Origin: Hyphococcus sp.
Lineage (GTDB): Bacteria > Pseudomonadota > Alphaproteobacteria > Caulobacterales > Parvularculaceae
Length of the DNA stretch: 64,000 nt
Direction of reading: 5' to 3'
Assembly: GCA_965230025.1 (NCBI GenBank)
Contig: CBDDKD010000005.1
Coordinates: 17,964-81,963 of the forward strand
In this document: positions 39,163 to 49,695 of the stretch, piece by piece
How the letters are laid out: each line of letters opens with the position of its first letter
Numbering within the stretch: position 1 is the first letter of the stretch
Notes under the pieces: generated by a model
What the model was told of the DNA's origin: nothing
Database searches by the model: none
Seen by the model: the letters and a program-made list of their open reading frames with translations, nothing else
Made by a program: the position numbers and the translations under genes

Positions 39163-39855
39163 ATGAAATTTTTCCTCGGATTGATTGTTGGTTTAATTCT
39201 CGCCATCGGCATTGCCGCCGGCGGCGCATATATGGCGTTTGGCGATCTCACGGACATTGGCGAACGCGATAAGTCCAAAGACATTACGCAGACTTATGAT
39301 CTCGCTGATTTTGACATGGTTGAAATCGGCGGCGTCTATGAATTCGATGTCGAGGTTGGCGGCGCCTATTCGATTGTGGTTTCCGGCGCGCCGGAAGAGA
39401 TGGAGCGGGTTGACGTTTCCGTCGTCGACGGCGAATTGATTCTTGATCAGTCACGCCGCGAAAATATGCGGCGCAAGTGGCGCAACCAGGGTCTTGAGGC
39501 GACCATCACGCTGCCGTCGCTGCGCGCGATTGATGTCTCCGGCATTGTCGACGGCGACATCTCCGGCATTAACGCCGATGAATTCGACGCTGACTTTTCC
39601 GGCGTCGGCTCGGTTGATATATCCGGTACATGCGGACATTTCGACGCCGTTGTTTCAGGCATTGGCGATTTCAACGCTCGCGATCTGCGCTGCAAGACGG
39701 CGGATGTCGATATTTCCGGCATTGGCGATGTCGACATCTATGCTGAGGACGAGATTGATATTTCGGTCAGCGGCATTGGCGATGTGGATATCCACGGCTC
39801 GCCATCGCGCGTCGACAAGGACGGCAGCCTGTTTGCGGATATCTCCGTCAAATAA
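39163..39855 (+). CDS. DUF2807 (GIN head domain) protein, tandem paralog
   Basis: N-terminal anchor; repeated SGIGD motifs. Confidence 0.88.
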   Translation: MKFFLGLIVGLILAIGIAAGGAYMAFGDLTDIGERDKSKDITQTYDLADFDMVEIGGVYEFDVEVGGAYSIVVSGAPEEMERVDVSVVDGELILDQSRRENMRRKWRNQGLEATITLPSLRAIDVSGIVDGDISGINADEFDADFSGVGSVDISGTCGHFDAVVSGIGDFNARDLRCKTADVDISGIGDVDIYAEDEIDISVSGIGDVDIHGSPSRVDKDGSLFADISVK

Positions 39856-39968
39856 CCCACCGGGCTGGATCGGTCGGAATTTCTCCGGAATATCCGATTA
39901 AAATTGCGACCGATTAGCTCAGCTTTCCCTCGTGACTAGCGCGCCATTCCGCTCTATGACCGCGTCTT

Positions 39969-41048
39969 ATGGAATGGATGACGAGCATATGGGAATATGT
40001 CTCGACCCGGCCGGCGGACGCTGGCTGGGCGGGCTGGTTCTTCCCGACCCTGATACAGGCCCTGGCGCTGATCGTGACCCTGCTTTTGGCGCAGGCGTTT
40101 TTGATGTATTTCGACCGCAAGGTCTGGGCCGCTGTGCAGATGCGCAAAGGGCCGAATGTCGTCGGGCCGTTCGGCCTGCTTCAGTCTTTCGCTGACCTTC
40201 TGAAATTCGTTTTCAAGGAAATCGTCATTCCGGCGGGCGCCAACAAGGTGGTGTTCATTCTCGCGCCGGTGGTCACCTTCGTTCTGGCGCTGGTCGGCTG
40301 GGCGGTGATCCCGGTCGGGCCGGGCCTCGTCGGCTCCGACATCAATGTCGGCATTCTTTATCTCTTCGCGATTTCCTCCCTTGGCGTTTACGGCGTCATC
40401 ATGGGCGGCTGGGCGTCCAATTCGAAATATCCGTTTCTCGGGTCGTTGCGTTCCGCAGCGCAGATGGTTTCCTACGAAGTCTCCATCGGCTTTGTAATCA
40501 TTACCGTCTTGCTGCTCGTCGGGTCGTTGAACCTTTCGGACATCGTGATGAGCCAGTCTCGCGGAGCGGGGATCTTAAACTGGCATTTCATTCCGCTGTT
40601 TCCGATGTTCGTTGTCTTCTTCATTTCGGCGCTGGCGGAAACAAACCGTCCGCCCTTTGATCTGCCGGAAGCGGAATCGGAGCTTGTCGCCGGATATCAG
40701 GTTGAATATTCGTCGACCCTGTTTCTGCTCTTCATGATCGGGGAACTGGCGAACATCCTTTTGATGTGCGCAATGCTCACGATCCTTTTCTTCGGCGGCT
40801 GGCATTCGCCGATCCCGTGGGGGCCGCTGGAGACCGTGCCGGTCTTCTGGTTCTGCGCGAAGATCGTGTTCTTCTTCTTCATGTTCGCGATGGTGAAAGC
40901 GATCGTGCCACGCTACCGTTATGACCAGTTGATGCGGATTGGCTGGAAAATCTTCCTGCCCCTGTCGCTGTCCTGGGTCGTATTGACGGCTGGCGCCATC
41001 TTGATGTTCCCGGGACTGGAAGACTGGTTCCAGAGCTGGAGGTCTTAA
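39969..41048 (+). CDS. nuoH: NADH-quinone oxidoreductase subunit H
   Basis: [14 protein letters not shown] and [20 protein letters not shown]. Confidence 0.97.
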   Translation: MEWMTSIWEYVSTRPADAGWAGWFFPTLIQALALIVTLLLAQAFLMYFDRKVWAAVQMRKGPNVVGPFGLLQSFADLLKFVFKEIVIPAGANKVVFILAPVVTFVLALVGWAVIPVGPGLVGSDINVGILYLFAISSLGVYGVIMGGWASNSKYPFLGSLRSAAQMVSYEVSIGFVIITVLLLVGSLNLSDIVMSQSRGAGILNWHFIPLFPMFVVFFISALAETNRPPFDLPEAESELVAGYQVEYSSTLFLLFMIGELANILLMCAMLTILFFGGWHSPIPWGPLETVPVFWFCAKIVFFFFMFAMVKAIVPRYRYDQLMRIGWKIFLPLSLSWVVLTAGAILMFPGLEDWFQSWRS

Positions 41049-41537
41049 GTGTCGCGTATTGCACAAGCGATTAAGGGATTTGCGCTGCTTGATTTCGTCA
41101 AGGCTTTCGGGCTCGCCATGAAATACTACATGCGTCCCAAAGCGACGCTGAATTACCCGTTCGAGAAAGGGCCCTTGTCCCCGCGTTTTCGTGGTGAGCA
41201 TGCATTGCGCCGCTATCCGAATGGCGAAGAGCGCTGCATCGCCTGCAAGCTTTGCGAGGCGATCTGCCCGGCGCAGGCGATCACCATTGAAGCCGAGCCC
41301 CGCGATGATGGTTCGCGCCGTACGACCCGCTACGACATCGACATGACGAAATGCATCTATTGCGGTTTCTGCCAGGAAGCGTGCCCCGTGGACGCGATTG
41401 TCGAAGGGCCGAATTTCGAATTCGCCACCGAGACCCGCGAAGAGCTGTTCTATGACAAGGATCGCTTGCTGGCGAATGGCGACCGCTGGGAGCGTGAGAT
41501 TGCGAAGAATCTCGAACTCGACGCGCCTTACCGCTAG
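41049..41537 (+). CDS. nuoI: NADH-quinone oxidoreductase subunit I
   Basis: [12 protein letters not shown] and [12 protein letters not shown]. Confidence 0.98.
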   Translation: MSRIAQAIKGFALLDFVKAFGLAMKYYMRPKATLNYPFEKGPLSPRFRGEHALRRYPNGEERCIACKLCEAICPAQAITIEAEPRDDGSRRTTRYDIDMTKCIYCGFCQEACPVDAIVEGPNFEFATETREELFYDKDRLLANGDRWEREIAKNLELDAPYR

Positions 41538-41666
41538 GCGAGCGTAACCTCTCAACGAATTGAAATTCCTGCCAGCCTGACGCGCCATTGTCCGTATTTT
41601 GCGCTTTTTCGGGATTTTGAGTAATGTGGAGACGTTGTCGGAATCATCGACAGCGGGGGGAGTAAC

Positions 41667-42935
41667 ATGAAAAAAATCCATTATCTCATAGCATTGAGCT
41701 TGCTTACGCTTTCAGCTTGTGCCGATGACGGCGCAGATTACGAGAGCGAGGCGTATGAAGCGTCAGCTGCCGGTCAGGGCGAGGCTTATTCAGAAGCTGA
41801 CGCATCGACCTTTCAGTTGAGCGACAATGTTCCGCCGCAGCCAGTTGAACAAAGCAAGCCGGCGCCAGCAGAAAACCGCGCCGCCGCACCAGCGCGTACT
41901 GAATTGCCAGCTGGCGCGGTGCGCGTTCAAAGCTCGAAAATCATGGATCGTAATGGTTTTGCCCAGCCAATGGTTGCGGCGACCATGCTGATCCCTGTGG
42001 GGTGGAAAACCGAGGGCGGTATTGTCTGGGCGCAAAACATGTCCGGATGCGGACTGAACACGCCGCATATCAACTGGACGGCGACGTCGCCGGACGGGTC
42101 GAGTGCGATTCAAATGTTGCCGGAAGAAAAGTGGTCCGGCCACAATATGCAATATCCCGGCATGCAACAGTCTCAATGCCCGAATGTTATCGTGACGGAC
42201 CCGCGCCAATACATCACGCAATATGTGCAGCGCGTTCGTCCTGGTGCGCAACTGCTCGACTATCGCGAACGCACTGACATTGTTGAGGGCGTCTCCAGGA
42301 TGATGCCGCCGCAACCGCCGGACATGTATGGCATGCAAACCCGACAATGGGTTGGGGCGGGCGATGCGCTGCTCGGCTATCAGCTTCAGGGCCGCGAAAT
42401 GCGCGAGCTTGTCGGCGTTATCGCGATTTTCTCGCAAAACCGGATCGCGGACGGGATGGGCGGTGTGATGGAAACCTATACAACGCTTTCGTTGCCAAGT
42501 TTTGCTTATCGCGCGCCTGAAGGGCAGTTGGATTTCAACAAAGCCGCAATGATCCGCAATTCGTACAAAGCCGATCCGCAATGGTCGGCGAAGATTGCGC
42601 AATTTCACGCTAATATCAGCCGGACCAACGCCAAAGGCGCCGCGGACCGGGCGCGTATAAGCGCGCAGACCAATCGTGAAATCAGCGATATGCAGATGGA
42701 TAGCTGGCGTAAGCAACAGGAAAGCAACGATAGGAACGCCCGCGAATTCAACGAAGCTATTCGCGGCGTTGAAACCTATAATGACCCGATAAACGGCGGC
42801 AGCGTTCAGCTCGACAACACTTATGATAATGCATGGCAATTGAACGACGGTACTTACGTCCTGACTGACGACCCGAGCTTCAATCCCTATGCCGCGACAG
42901 GGCAGGACGGTCAGAGACTGGAGCCAACACAATGA
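41667..42935 (+). CDS. Hypothetical lipoprotein
   Basis: LSAC lipobox; 422 aa. Confidence 0.8.
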   Translation: MKKIHYLIALSLLTLSACADDGADYESEAYEASAAGQGEAYSEADASTFQLSDNVPPQPVEQSKPAPAENRAAAPARTELPAGAVRVQSSKIMDRNGFAQPMVAATMLIPVGWKTEGGIVWAQNMSGCGLNTPHINWTATSPDGSSAIQMLPEEKWSGHNMQYPGMQQSQCPNVIVTDPRQYITQYVQRVRPGAQLLDYRERTDIVEGVSRMMPPQPPDMYGMQTRQWVGAGDALLGYQLQGREMRELVGVIAIFSQNRIADGMGGVMETYTTLSLPSFAYRAPEGQLDFNKAAMIRNSYKADPQWSAKIAQFHANISRTNAKGAADRARISAQTNREISDMQMDSWRKQQESNDRNAREFNEAIRGVETYNDPINGGSVQLDNTYDNAWQLNDGTYVLTDDPSFNPYAATGQDGQRLEPTQ

Positions 42936-43648
42936 GATATTCACCACATCTTTTGCTGGCGCCTGTAACAGCAACGATAGCGCTGTTTTTGCTGACGTCA
43001 GGCGCCATGGCGCAGGACAGTTTTGGCGGTCAGCCGAAACCTCAACCCAAACAGGCTGAGCAGACGCAACCGCCGACGATGCAACAACAAGGGCAGCAGC
43101 AACAAGAGCAATCACAACAACAGCAGTTCGGATCGCCGCAGCCTGAACCGCGTTCAAATCAGAACTCGCAATTTGCGCAGGTCGAGCAGTTTGAGTCTCA
43201 GGACTTTGGCGTCGCGCCGGTAAGCCAGCTTTATGGCGGGGCGATGCATGGGCCGACGCCGACAACGATTCCCGGCGGTCTGGTGATTTCAACCGAAGCA
43301 TTCTGGACGGCCCTGCAACAAAATCAGGGCGGCATTGCAATCTTTGATGTTCTTGGCGGGCAGGAGATATTGCCAGGCGCCTATGCTGCTTCTCCGGCGG
43401 CGGCGCCCGGTAATTTTAATGATCAGACCCAGCAGGAGTTTGGCCAGTTTCTGGCGCAGGTGACAGGCGGTAATAAACAAGTTCCGGTCTTGTTTTATTG
43501 CCAAAGCCCCCAATGCTGGATGTCTTACAATGCGGCGTTGCGCGCCATCAATATGGGGTATACGCAGGTTCTGTGGTATCGCGGCGGGATTGAAGCCTGG
43601 AAAAAGGCGGGTCTGCCGACAGAGTATCCGCAAATGGGCTATCAGTAG
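42932..43648 (+). CDS. Secreted rhodanese-like protein with Gln-rich linker
   Basis: FYCQSPQCWMSYNAALRA and WYRGGIEAW. Confidence 0.85.
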   Translation: MRYSPHLLLAPVTATIALFLLTSGAMAQDSFGGQPKPQPKQAEQTQPPTMQQQGQQQQEQSQQQQFGSPQPEPRSNQNSQFAQVEQFESQDFGVAPVSQLYGGAMHGPTPTTIPGGLVISTEAFWTALQQNQGGIAIFDVLGGQEILPGAYAASPAAAPGNFNDQTQQEFGQFLAQVTGGNKQVPVLFYCQSPQCWMSYNAALRAINMGYTQVLWYRGGIEAWKKAGLPTEYPQMGYQ

Positions 43649-43699
43649 AATTCGCCCGTAAGTATAGTACGCGTTCGTGATGACTCCAGGATTGAAAAG

Positions 43700-43933
43700 A
43701 TGACAGATACGCCCCCCGACCGATTGTGCAATGATCCGAAAAGCCCGTTTTACGACGAAGCCTTGCTTGAGCGCGGTGTCGGCGTGAGGTTTAAGGGCGA
43801 AGAAAAAACCAACGTTGAAGAATATTGTATTTCGGAAGGCTGGATTCGCGTCGCCGCCGGTAAAGCCGTCGACCGCAAGGGCAACCAGCTGACCGTATTG
43901 CTCAAAGGCCCGGTCGAAGCCTGGATCAAATAA
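43700..43933 (+). CDS. DUF3297 family protein
   Basis: PPDRL...GVRFKGEEKTNVEEYCISEGWIRV. Confidence 0.85.
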   Translation: MTDTPPDRLCNDPKSPFYDEALLERGVGVRFKGEEKTNVEEYCISEGWIRVAAGKAVDRKGNQLTVLLKGPVEAWIK

Positions 43934-43989
43934 GCCTCGAATTCGATGCGCCGCGTCGTTGAGGCTTGCTGAAATTATAAATCCGGGCG

Positions 43990-46281
43990 CTACGCCTTTA
44001 ACTGGTCGCCGATGGGCAGGCTGCGGATGCGCACGCCTGTCGCATCATAGAGCGCCGCCATTAGTGCCGGTATAAACGCGGGAAGCGCGATTTCACCTGT
44101 GCCCCATGGGTGCTCGTCGCTATCGATGAAGTCCACCTCGATATGCTTTGGCGCTTCGTCGATGCGCAGCAGCCGAATGTGATGGAAGTTGTCGGTCGTA
44201 ATCCGGCCTTCCTCAATGCCCACATTTTGATACAGGGCGGTCGAAAGACCGTCATGGATCCCGCTTTCTATCTGCGCGCGTGCGCCAAGGGGGTTGATAA
44301 CGCGCCCGCAATCGACGCCGGCAAAGACACGCTCCACCGTGAAGCGGCGGTCGTCGTCAACGGAGACATCAACCACAAAGGCGACATAGGAGCCAAAGGT
44401 GAAATGGGATGCGATGCCGCGTCCCCAGCCATTCGGCAGATCCGCGTTGGCCCAGCGCGCCATACGCGCCGCCAAACTGAGGACGCCTTTCATTTTCCGT
44501 GTGGAAATACCCGCGCCCATTTTCATGGGCATCCACTCATCGAATGGAAATTCGCGATCTTCGCCCAGCAATTCCAGCCGGAGGTCGAGCGGATCTTTGT
44601 CGGCGGCTGCGGCAACCTCATTCAGAAACCCCTCGACCGCAAAACCGGAAATGTTGTTGCCGGGCCCGCGCCAGGCGCCTAGCGGCGTACGCGAGTCTTT
44701 CTTGACCTGCTCGATGCGAAGATCCGGGATCAAGTTTGCCGGGAAACCGCGCATGCGCGTATTGCCCTGAGAAGCGAAAACAGCGTTCCAGGCGACGACC
44801 TTTCGATTCTCGTCGAGGCCGGCTTTGAATTCAAAGCGCCCGGCAGGGTTTAGCTGGTCGTTTTGCGTGTCGTCTTCGCGCGTCCAGAACACTTTGATCG
44901 GCGTTCCCACGGTTTGCGACAGGAAGACCGCTTCGGATAGAAAATCGCTTTGCCATTTGCGGCCCAAGCCGCAGCCAATCCGTCCGGAGCGCACCTCAAT
45001 CTTGTCTTCCGGCAGGCCGGTTGCTCTTGCAGCATACATCGCCGCATAGGGAGGGCTCTGGTGTGACGTTGCAATGATGCAGCGCTCTGCGGTGACGTGT
45101 GCGGCGCAATTGTTCGTCTCCATATTTAGATGCGCAAAATGCGGGGTCGTATAGGTCGACTGAACTCTCTGCGGCGCGCCTTCATATGCGGCGTCGAAGT
45201 CGCCAGCTTCGTGGAGGATCTCCCGCTCGCGGGATGAGTCGCGGATGACGCCGCGCGCATGTTCCTCATGCCATACATCGTTTTCGTGTGTCTGCGGGCC
45301 CTTGTCCCATTCGACAACAAGCGCGTCCCGGCCCTTCATTGCAGCCCACAAGGAGCTTGCGACGACGGCGACGCCCGGATTGTTAAGCCGGCCTTCTCCA
45401 TCAACTTCTAGGCGTGGAAGTTCGATCACTGCTGTGACGCCGCGAACCGCGCGCGCGGCGCTGTCATCGTAACTTGCGACGGAGCCGCCGAAATAGGGGC
45501 ATCTTGCGATGACGGCGTATTGTTGCCCGTCAATATCAAGGTCGATGCCGAAGGGTTCGCAGCCGGTGACAATGTCTCGCGCCTTCTTGTGTCCTTTATC
45601 GGCGCCGACAATGACGAAGTCATCGCTGTTTTTGCGGCGCGGCCCGCCGGCGTTCTCACTCGCCACCTCCAGATGATATCGAATCTCTCCTTCCTCTTCG
45701 ACGGGTTTGATAATTTCGTTGCGAGCGGCGAGAGAGGCGGCTTCGTCTATAAAGTCTGCATAAGGATAAGAAGCGTCGCCATTATCAACCAAGACGCGGC
45801 TGTTTTGCGTCGTTAATCGGTTTGCAGCGACCCCAAGAGATTGCGCGGCCGCAGTGATGATTAAATGCCGTGCAAGCGCGCCGCAATCGCGCAAATTCAT
45901 CCAGCTTCGGCGCACCGAACCGCTGCCGCCGCTCCCTTGCGTTGCGTATTTTTCGTGAAAGGCGCCGTTTTCACCGGCTTGGATAGCGGTCGCCATGCGT
46001 TGCACATCGATCAGATCCCAGTCCGCATCGAGTTCTTCGGCGATCATCATTGGCAGCGCCGTTTCGACGCCAGTGCCCATGTCAGGGATTGGCGTGTGAA
46101 TGAGGATTGTGTTGTCGGGCCGCAATTCAACAAAAGGACCGATTGGGCGACCGTTTGACAAAGCGGCGTTCTGCGCCCGCCCGAAGACGGGAGGAGCGAC
46201 AATCAACGCGCCCCCAAGAGCGAAAACTCTCAGCGCGTCGCGGCGCGTCGGGGCGGCTGCGAGATTATTGGTTTTCATCAC
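43990..46281 (-). CDS. Xanthine dehydrogenase family molybdopterin subunit (isoquinoline 1-oxidoreductase beta-like), Tat-exported
   Basis: TRRDAL Tat motif; DMGTGV..AEELD, GAWRGPG, DCGRVINP. Confidence 0.92.
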   Translation of the reverse strand: MMKTNNLAAAPTRRDALRVFALGGALIVAPPVFGRAQNAALSNGRPIGPFVELRPDNTILIHTPIPDMGTGVETALPMMIAEELDADWDLIDVQRMATAIQAGENGAFHEKYATQGSGGSGSVRRSWMNLRDCGALARHLIITAAAQSLGVAANRLTTQNSRVLVDNGDASYPYADFIDEAASLAARNEIIKPVEEEGEIRYHLEVASENAGGPRRKNSDDFVIVGADKGHKKARDIVTGCEPFGIDLDIDGQQYAVIARCPYFGGSVASYDDSAARAVRGVTAVIELPRLEVDGEGRLNNPGVAVVASSLWAAMKGRDALVVEWDKGPQTHENDVWHEEHARGVIRDSSREREILHEAGDFDAAYEGAPQRVQSTYTTPHFAHLNMETNNCAAHVTAERCIIATSHQSPPYAAMYAARATGLPEDKIEVRSGRIGCGLGRKWQSDFLSEAVFLSQTVGTPIKVFWTREDDTQNDQLNPAGRFEFKAGLDENRKVVAWNAVFASQGNTRMRGFPANLIPDLRIEQVKKDSRTPLGAWRGPGNNISGFAVEGFLNEVAAAADKDPLDLRLELLGEDREFPFDEWMPMKMGAGISTRKMKGVLSLAARMARWANADLPNGWGRGIASHFTFGSYVAFVVDVSVDDDRRFTVERVFAGVDCGRVINPLGARAQIESGIHDGLSTALYQNVGIEEGRITTDNFHHIRLLRIDEAPKHIEVDFIDSDEHPWGTGEIALPAFIPALMAALYDATGVRIRSLPIGDQLKA

Positions 46282-46741
46282 GGCCTCCCATTAAAGAGGC
46301 GGCTCTGTGAATCGCCTTGCGCATGCGAAAGTAACTGCCGCAGCGGCATAAATTATCGTGGCGCCGGTTGATGTCTTCATCGCTGGGGTTTGGGATTTCC
46401 TGCAACAACGCCGCGACGGCCATGATCTGCCCAGCCTGACAATAGCCGCATTGGGCGACATCCTCTTCGACCCAGGCCTCCTGAACCGGATGCAGATTGT
46501 CGCCTGACGCCAACCCTTCAATTGTCCTGACGACGTCGCCGTCCTGTAACGCGGCGGCCGGGAAGCTGCAGGAACGCACGGCCTGATCGTTTACATGCAC
46601 GGTGCAGGCGCCGCATTGTCCGATGCCGCAACCGAACTTTGTGCCCTTCAAACCCTTGTCTTCACGGATGACCCACAAGAGCGGTTTGTCATCATCGCCC
46701 TCATAAACCGCCGGCGCGTCGTTCAGTGTAAAGCTGACCAT
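46265..46741 (-). CDS. (2Fe-2S) subunit (isoquinoline 1-oxidoreductase alpha-like)
   Basis: GTKFGCGIGQCGAC, QCGYCQAG, NLCRCG. Confidence 0.94.
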   Translation of the reverse strand: MVSFTLNDAPAVYEGDDDKPLLWVIREDKGLKGTKFGCGIGQCGACTVHVNDQAVRSCSFPAAALQDGDVVRTIEGLASGDNLHPVQEAWVEEDVAQCGYCQAGQIMAVAALLQEIPNPSDEDINRRHDNLCRCGSYFRMRKAIHRAASLMGGRDENQ

Positions 46742-46779
46742 TGGATTGTCCTCCCTTAAGAGTGTTGGTTGCGCGCCGG

Positions 46780-47514
46780 TTAAGGCGCGCGGGCGGGCAA
46801 ACGTTCGAAACGCATGTCTTGTCCAATGACATCAATGCGTACGATACGGTGCGGCGTTTCCGTCGTAATGTAGATCACGTTCTCCGGCGCCGCCTTCAGT
46901 TCGCCAACAAACGTTTCGAATTCGCCAGCCGGAACCTCTACTGTCTCGGCGCCAGTGACCGTGAAAGTCGCTTGCGCAAAATTTCGGGCAAGTGAGGAAA
47001 ACCAGGAGAATGTGTAACTCACGCCTTCTTCCAGCGGCAGTCCGGTGGATAGCCCGAAGAAAGAAGCGCGCAGGACTGCATCCGGAAGCATGTCCATATC
47101 GAATGGCGTTTTTGTTTTGACGGTATCGGCTGGCCGCTTCAGAACATAGTCGCCAGAGACTTTCTCTTCGTTAAACCGAAGGTCCGCATCCAGGATCGTA
47201 CGGCTGAAATCACCGTCAAGGACGAGCGATTTCGGCGCCAGCGTGTCAGCATCGATAACCGCCGTCAGGGACTCGCGTACATCCGGCAAAAGCGTGGTGC
47301 CGTCATGGATGACAATCTCATCGCCACGGCGCTCCAGCTCGTAGAACATTTCGCCCGCGACTTTCTCATGCTGAACGAGTTGAAAGCGGACCGGGCCGAA
47401 CTCGACCTTTGAGATATCGACCGGCAACGGCTCAGCAGCCGCGGCGCCAGCGGATGCGGCTAAAATCGAAAGCCCGAGTAGCGGCGAATTGCGCATCATC
47501 TCCCCCTTTTGCAT
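46780..47514 (-). CDS. Secreted hypothetical protein (DUF3108-like)
   Basis: Signal peptide; ETVEVPAGEFET motif. Confidence 0.7.
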   Translation of the reverse strand: MQKGEMMRNSPLLGLSILAASAGAAAAEPLPVDISKVEFGPVRFQLVQHEKVAGEMFYELERRGDEIVIHDGTTLLPDVRESLTAVIDADTLAPKSLVLDGDFSRTILDADLRFNEEKVSGDYVLKRPADTVKTKTPFDMDMLPDAVLRASFFGLSTGLPLEEGVSYTFSWFSSLARNFAQATFTVTGAETVEVPAGEFETFVGELKAAPENVIYITTETPHRIVRIDVIGQDMRFERLPARAP

Positions 47515-47600
47515 TGGGGATTTTTAGAAGCGCTTCGGGCTTTGAGTCTTGGAGGATTAGGTGGGCCGTGCGATTTGAAGGATGAGCTGAGGCTTGGCCA

Positions 47601-48416
47601 TCATAGTTTTTCCGCGATGATCTCCATCACCAGGGGGGTGGTCATGACGGTGTCCGGATCGGCCTCAGCGGCTTCAAATTCGTCGATCACCTTGCTCGCC
47701 CATTCTTTGGAGACGACGCCTGACGCGGCGAGATCGCGCGCATGATTGGGGATAAACGTTGCCGGCCAGCGCCAGACATAGTTGTCGGGCCGGACGGCGT
47801 GGATGATTGGACGGGTTTCTTTCAGGCGCAAACCAGCCTTTGAGAGCATGGGCAGCAACTGCACGGCGATATCGGGCTCACCGCCGCTGGCTCGCCAGTC
47901 ACGGATCGTCACCTCGATAAAGTCGGTCAGCGCATCGCGCCGGGGCGTCCAGTTCATGGTGGCCCAGTCCATATATTCATGAATGACAAAAACGCCGCCG
48001 GGCCGGATGGCGCCGCTCAGCTTTTTCAGAACGGCGATGGGATCGCTCAAAAAGGCGAATACCCAGCGAATCCAGACGGCGTCGACGCCGCTGACCGAGA
48101 CGTCGTCGGTCACCAGATCGAAGGCGCGGGGGTCGATATTGCCGAGGCCGCGGGTCGCGGCCGCACTCTTCAGGGCCTCAAGGAAGCGGTCGGAGCGCTC
48201 CAGCGCGATGACCCTGCCGTCCTCCTCGACGATTTCCGCAAGATCGAGGCTGGCGTAGCCGGGGCCCGCGCCGGCGTCGATGACCGTGGAGCCGGTGGTG
48301 ATCCCCGCGCGTCGCCAGGCGTCCAGAACATGCGGGCGCCACACCCGGTGCTGCAGCCCGAGGCGGCGGATTTCAGCATCGTGGGTCCCGAGATAGTAGT
48401 TTTTTTCTTCGCTCAT
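47601..48416 (-). CDS. SAM-dependent methyltransferase
   Basis: YYLGTHDAEIRRL and VIDAGAGPG; likely start MSEEKN. Confidence 0.9.
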   Translation of the reverse strand: MSEEKNYYLGTHDAEIRRLGLQHRVWRPHVLDAWRRAGITTGSTVIDAGAGPGYASLDLAEIVEEDGRVIALERSDRFLEALKSAAATRGLGNIDPRAFDLVTDDVSVSGVDAVWIRWVFAFLSDPIAVLKKLSGAIRPGGVFVIHEYMDWATMNWTPRRDALTDFIEVTIRDWRASGGEPDIAVQLLPMLSKAGLRLKETRPIIHAVRPDNYVWRWPATFIPNHARDLAASGVVSKEWASKVIDEFEAAEADPDTVMTTPLVMEIIAEKL

Positions 48417-48715
48417 GAGGGCCTCCGGAAGGGGTGTGTGAGGTCGGTCGATTTTAGAGCCTGGTCGCGCCAGGCGCAGCCCTATAATTATAGAGGTGCA
48501 TTGAAGCCACCGTGGTAATCGCCATTGGAAATAACTTGCATGGAATAAGCGCCCCGACCCTTTGCAATGCGGGAAAACCCAGTCTAAAAGCGCGCAATCC
48601 GCCCGTGCCCCTGAGTCGCATTGTCTTTGGGGCGCATCATCGTAAAGCAGCGCCATCCGGCATTGAATTCAAATCCATACTCCAAGCTCACGGGACTGGG
48701 CCTTCAGCATTTGAT

Positions 48716-49354
48716 ATGACGTTCTCCGCATTCGCCTTTTATATCTTCGCCTTTGCCGCGATCGCTTCGGGGCTGATGGTGGTGGCGTCGAAAAATCCAG
48801 TGCATTCGGTGCTGTTCCTGATCAGCTCCTTTATCGCCGCATCCGGGCTTTTCGTGCTGATGGGCGCCGAATATCTCGCGATGGTGCTCATCGTTGTTTA
48901 TGTCGGCGCGGTGGCGGTCTTGTTCCTGTTTGTCGTGATGATGCTCGACGTTGATTTCGTCGAGATGAAGCAGGGCTTTTTGCAATATCTGCCGATCGGC
49001 GGCGCGCTGGCGGCGATTGTTGTCTTTGAGCTGATCCTTGTGGTGGCGGTCTGGGCGTTTCCGGATGATGTGTCGCTGGCGCGCGCCCACCCGTCGCCGA
49101 CGGCTGCGCAGACAATCGCGGACCCGAATGGTCCAAACAATATCGAGGCGCTCGGCCTCATTCTTTACACCGACTACATCCACTATTTTCAGATCGCCGG
49201 CATCGTCCTGCTCGTGGCGATGATTGGCGCGATCATTCTGACCTTCCGCACAAGGGAAGGCGTGAAAAAACAGGATGCGGCGGCGCAGGTCGCCCGCACG
49301 CGTGACGAAGGCGTTGAACTTGTCGATATCGGTTCGGGGCAGGGCCTGTCATGA
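48716..49354 (+). CDS. nuoJ: NADH-quinone oxidoreductase subunit J
   Basis: KNPVHSVLFL and YVGAVAVLFLFVVMML. Confidence 0.96.
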   Translation: MTFSAFAFYIFAFAAIASGLMVVASKNPVHSVLFLISSFIAASGLFVLMGAEYLAMVLIVVYVGAVAVLFLFVVMMLDVDFVEMKQGFLQYLPIGGALAAIVVFELILVVAVWAFPDDVSLARAHPSPTAAQTIADPNGPNNIEALGLILYTDYIHYFQIAGIVLLVAMIGAIILTFRTREGVKKQDAAAQVARTRDEGVELVDIGSGQGLS

Positions 49355-49368
49355 GGGGGCGTTTATAA

Positions 49369-49680
49369 ATGGCGGATATCGGCCTTGGGCATTATCTTTC
49401 CGTTGCAGCAATCATGTTCGCCATCGGCATGGCGGGCATTTTTCTCAACCGTAAGAATGTCATTGTCATCCTGATGTCGATTGAGTTGATGCTGCTTTCC
49501 GTGAATATCAATCTGGTGGCGTTTTCTCAGTTTCTCGGCGATCTCACCGGACAGGTTTTTGCGTTTATGGTCCTCACCGTGGCGGCGGCGGAAGCGGCGG
49601 TGGGGCTTGCAATTCTAGTCGCATTCTTCCGCAATCGCGGCGACATCGCCGTCGAAGACGCCAACCTGATGAAGAACTAA
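49369..49680 (+). CDS. nuoK: NADH-quinone oxidoreductase subunit K
   Basis: LMSIELML and [11 protein letters not shown]. Confidence 0.97.
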   Translation: MADIGLGHYLSVAAIMFAIGMAGIFLNRKNVIVILMSIELMLLSVNINLVAFSQFLGDLTGQVFAFMVLTVAAAEAAVGLAILVAFFRNRGDIAVEDANLMKN

Positions 49681-49695
49681 AGGCGCCTCATTATA

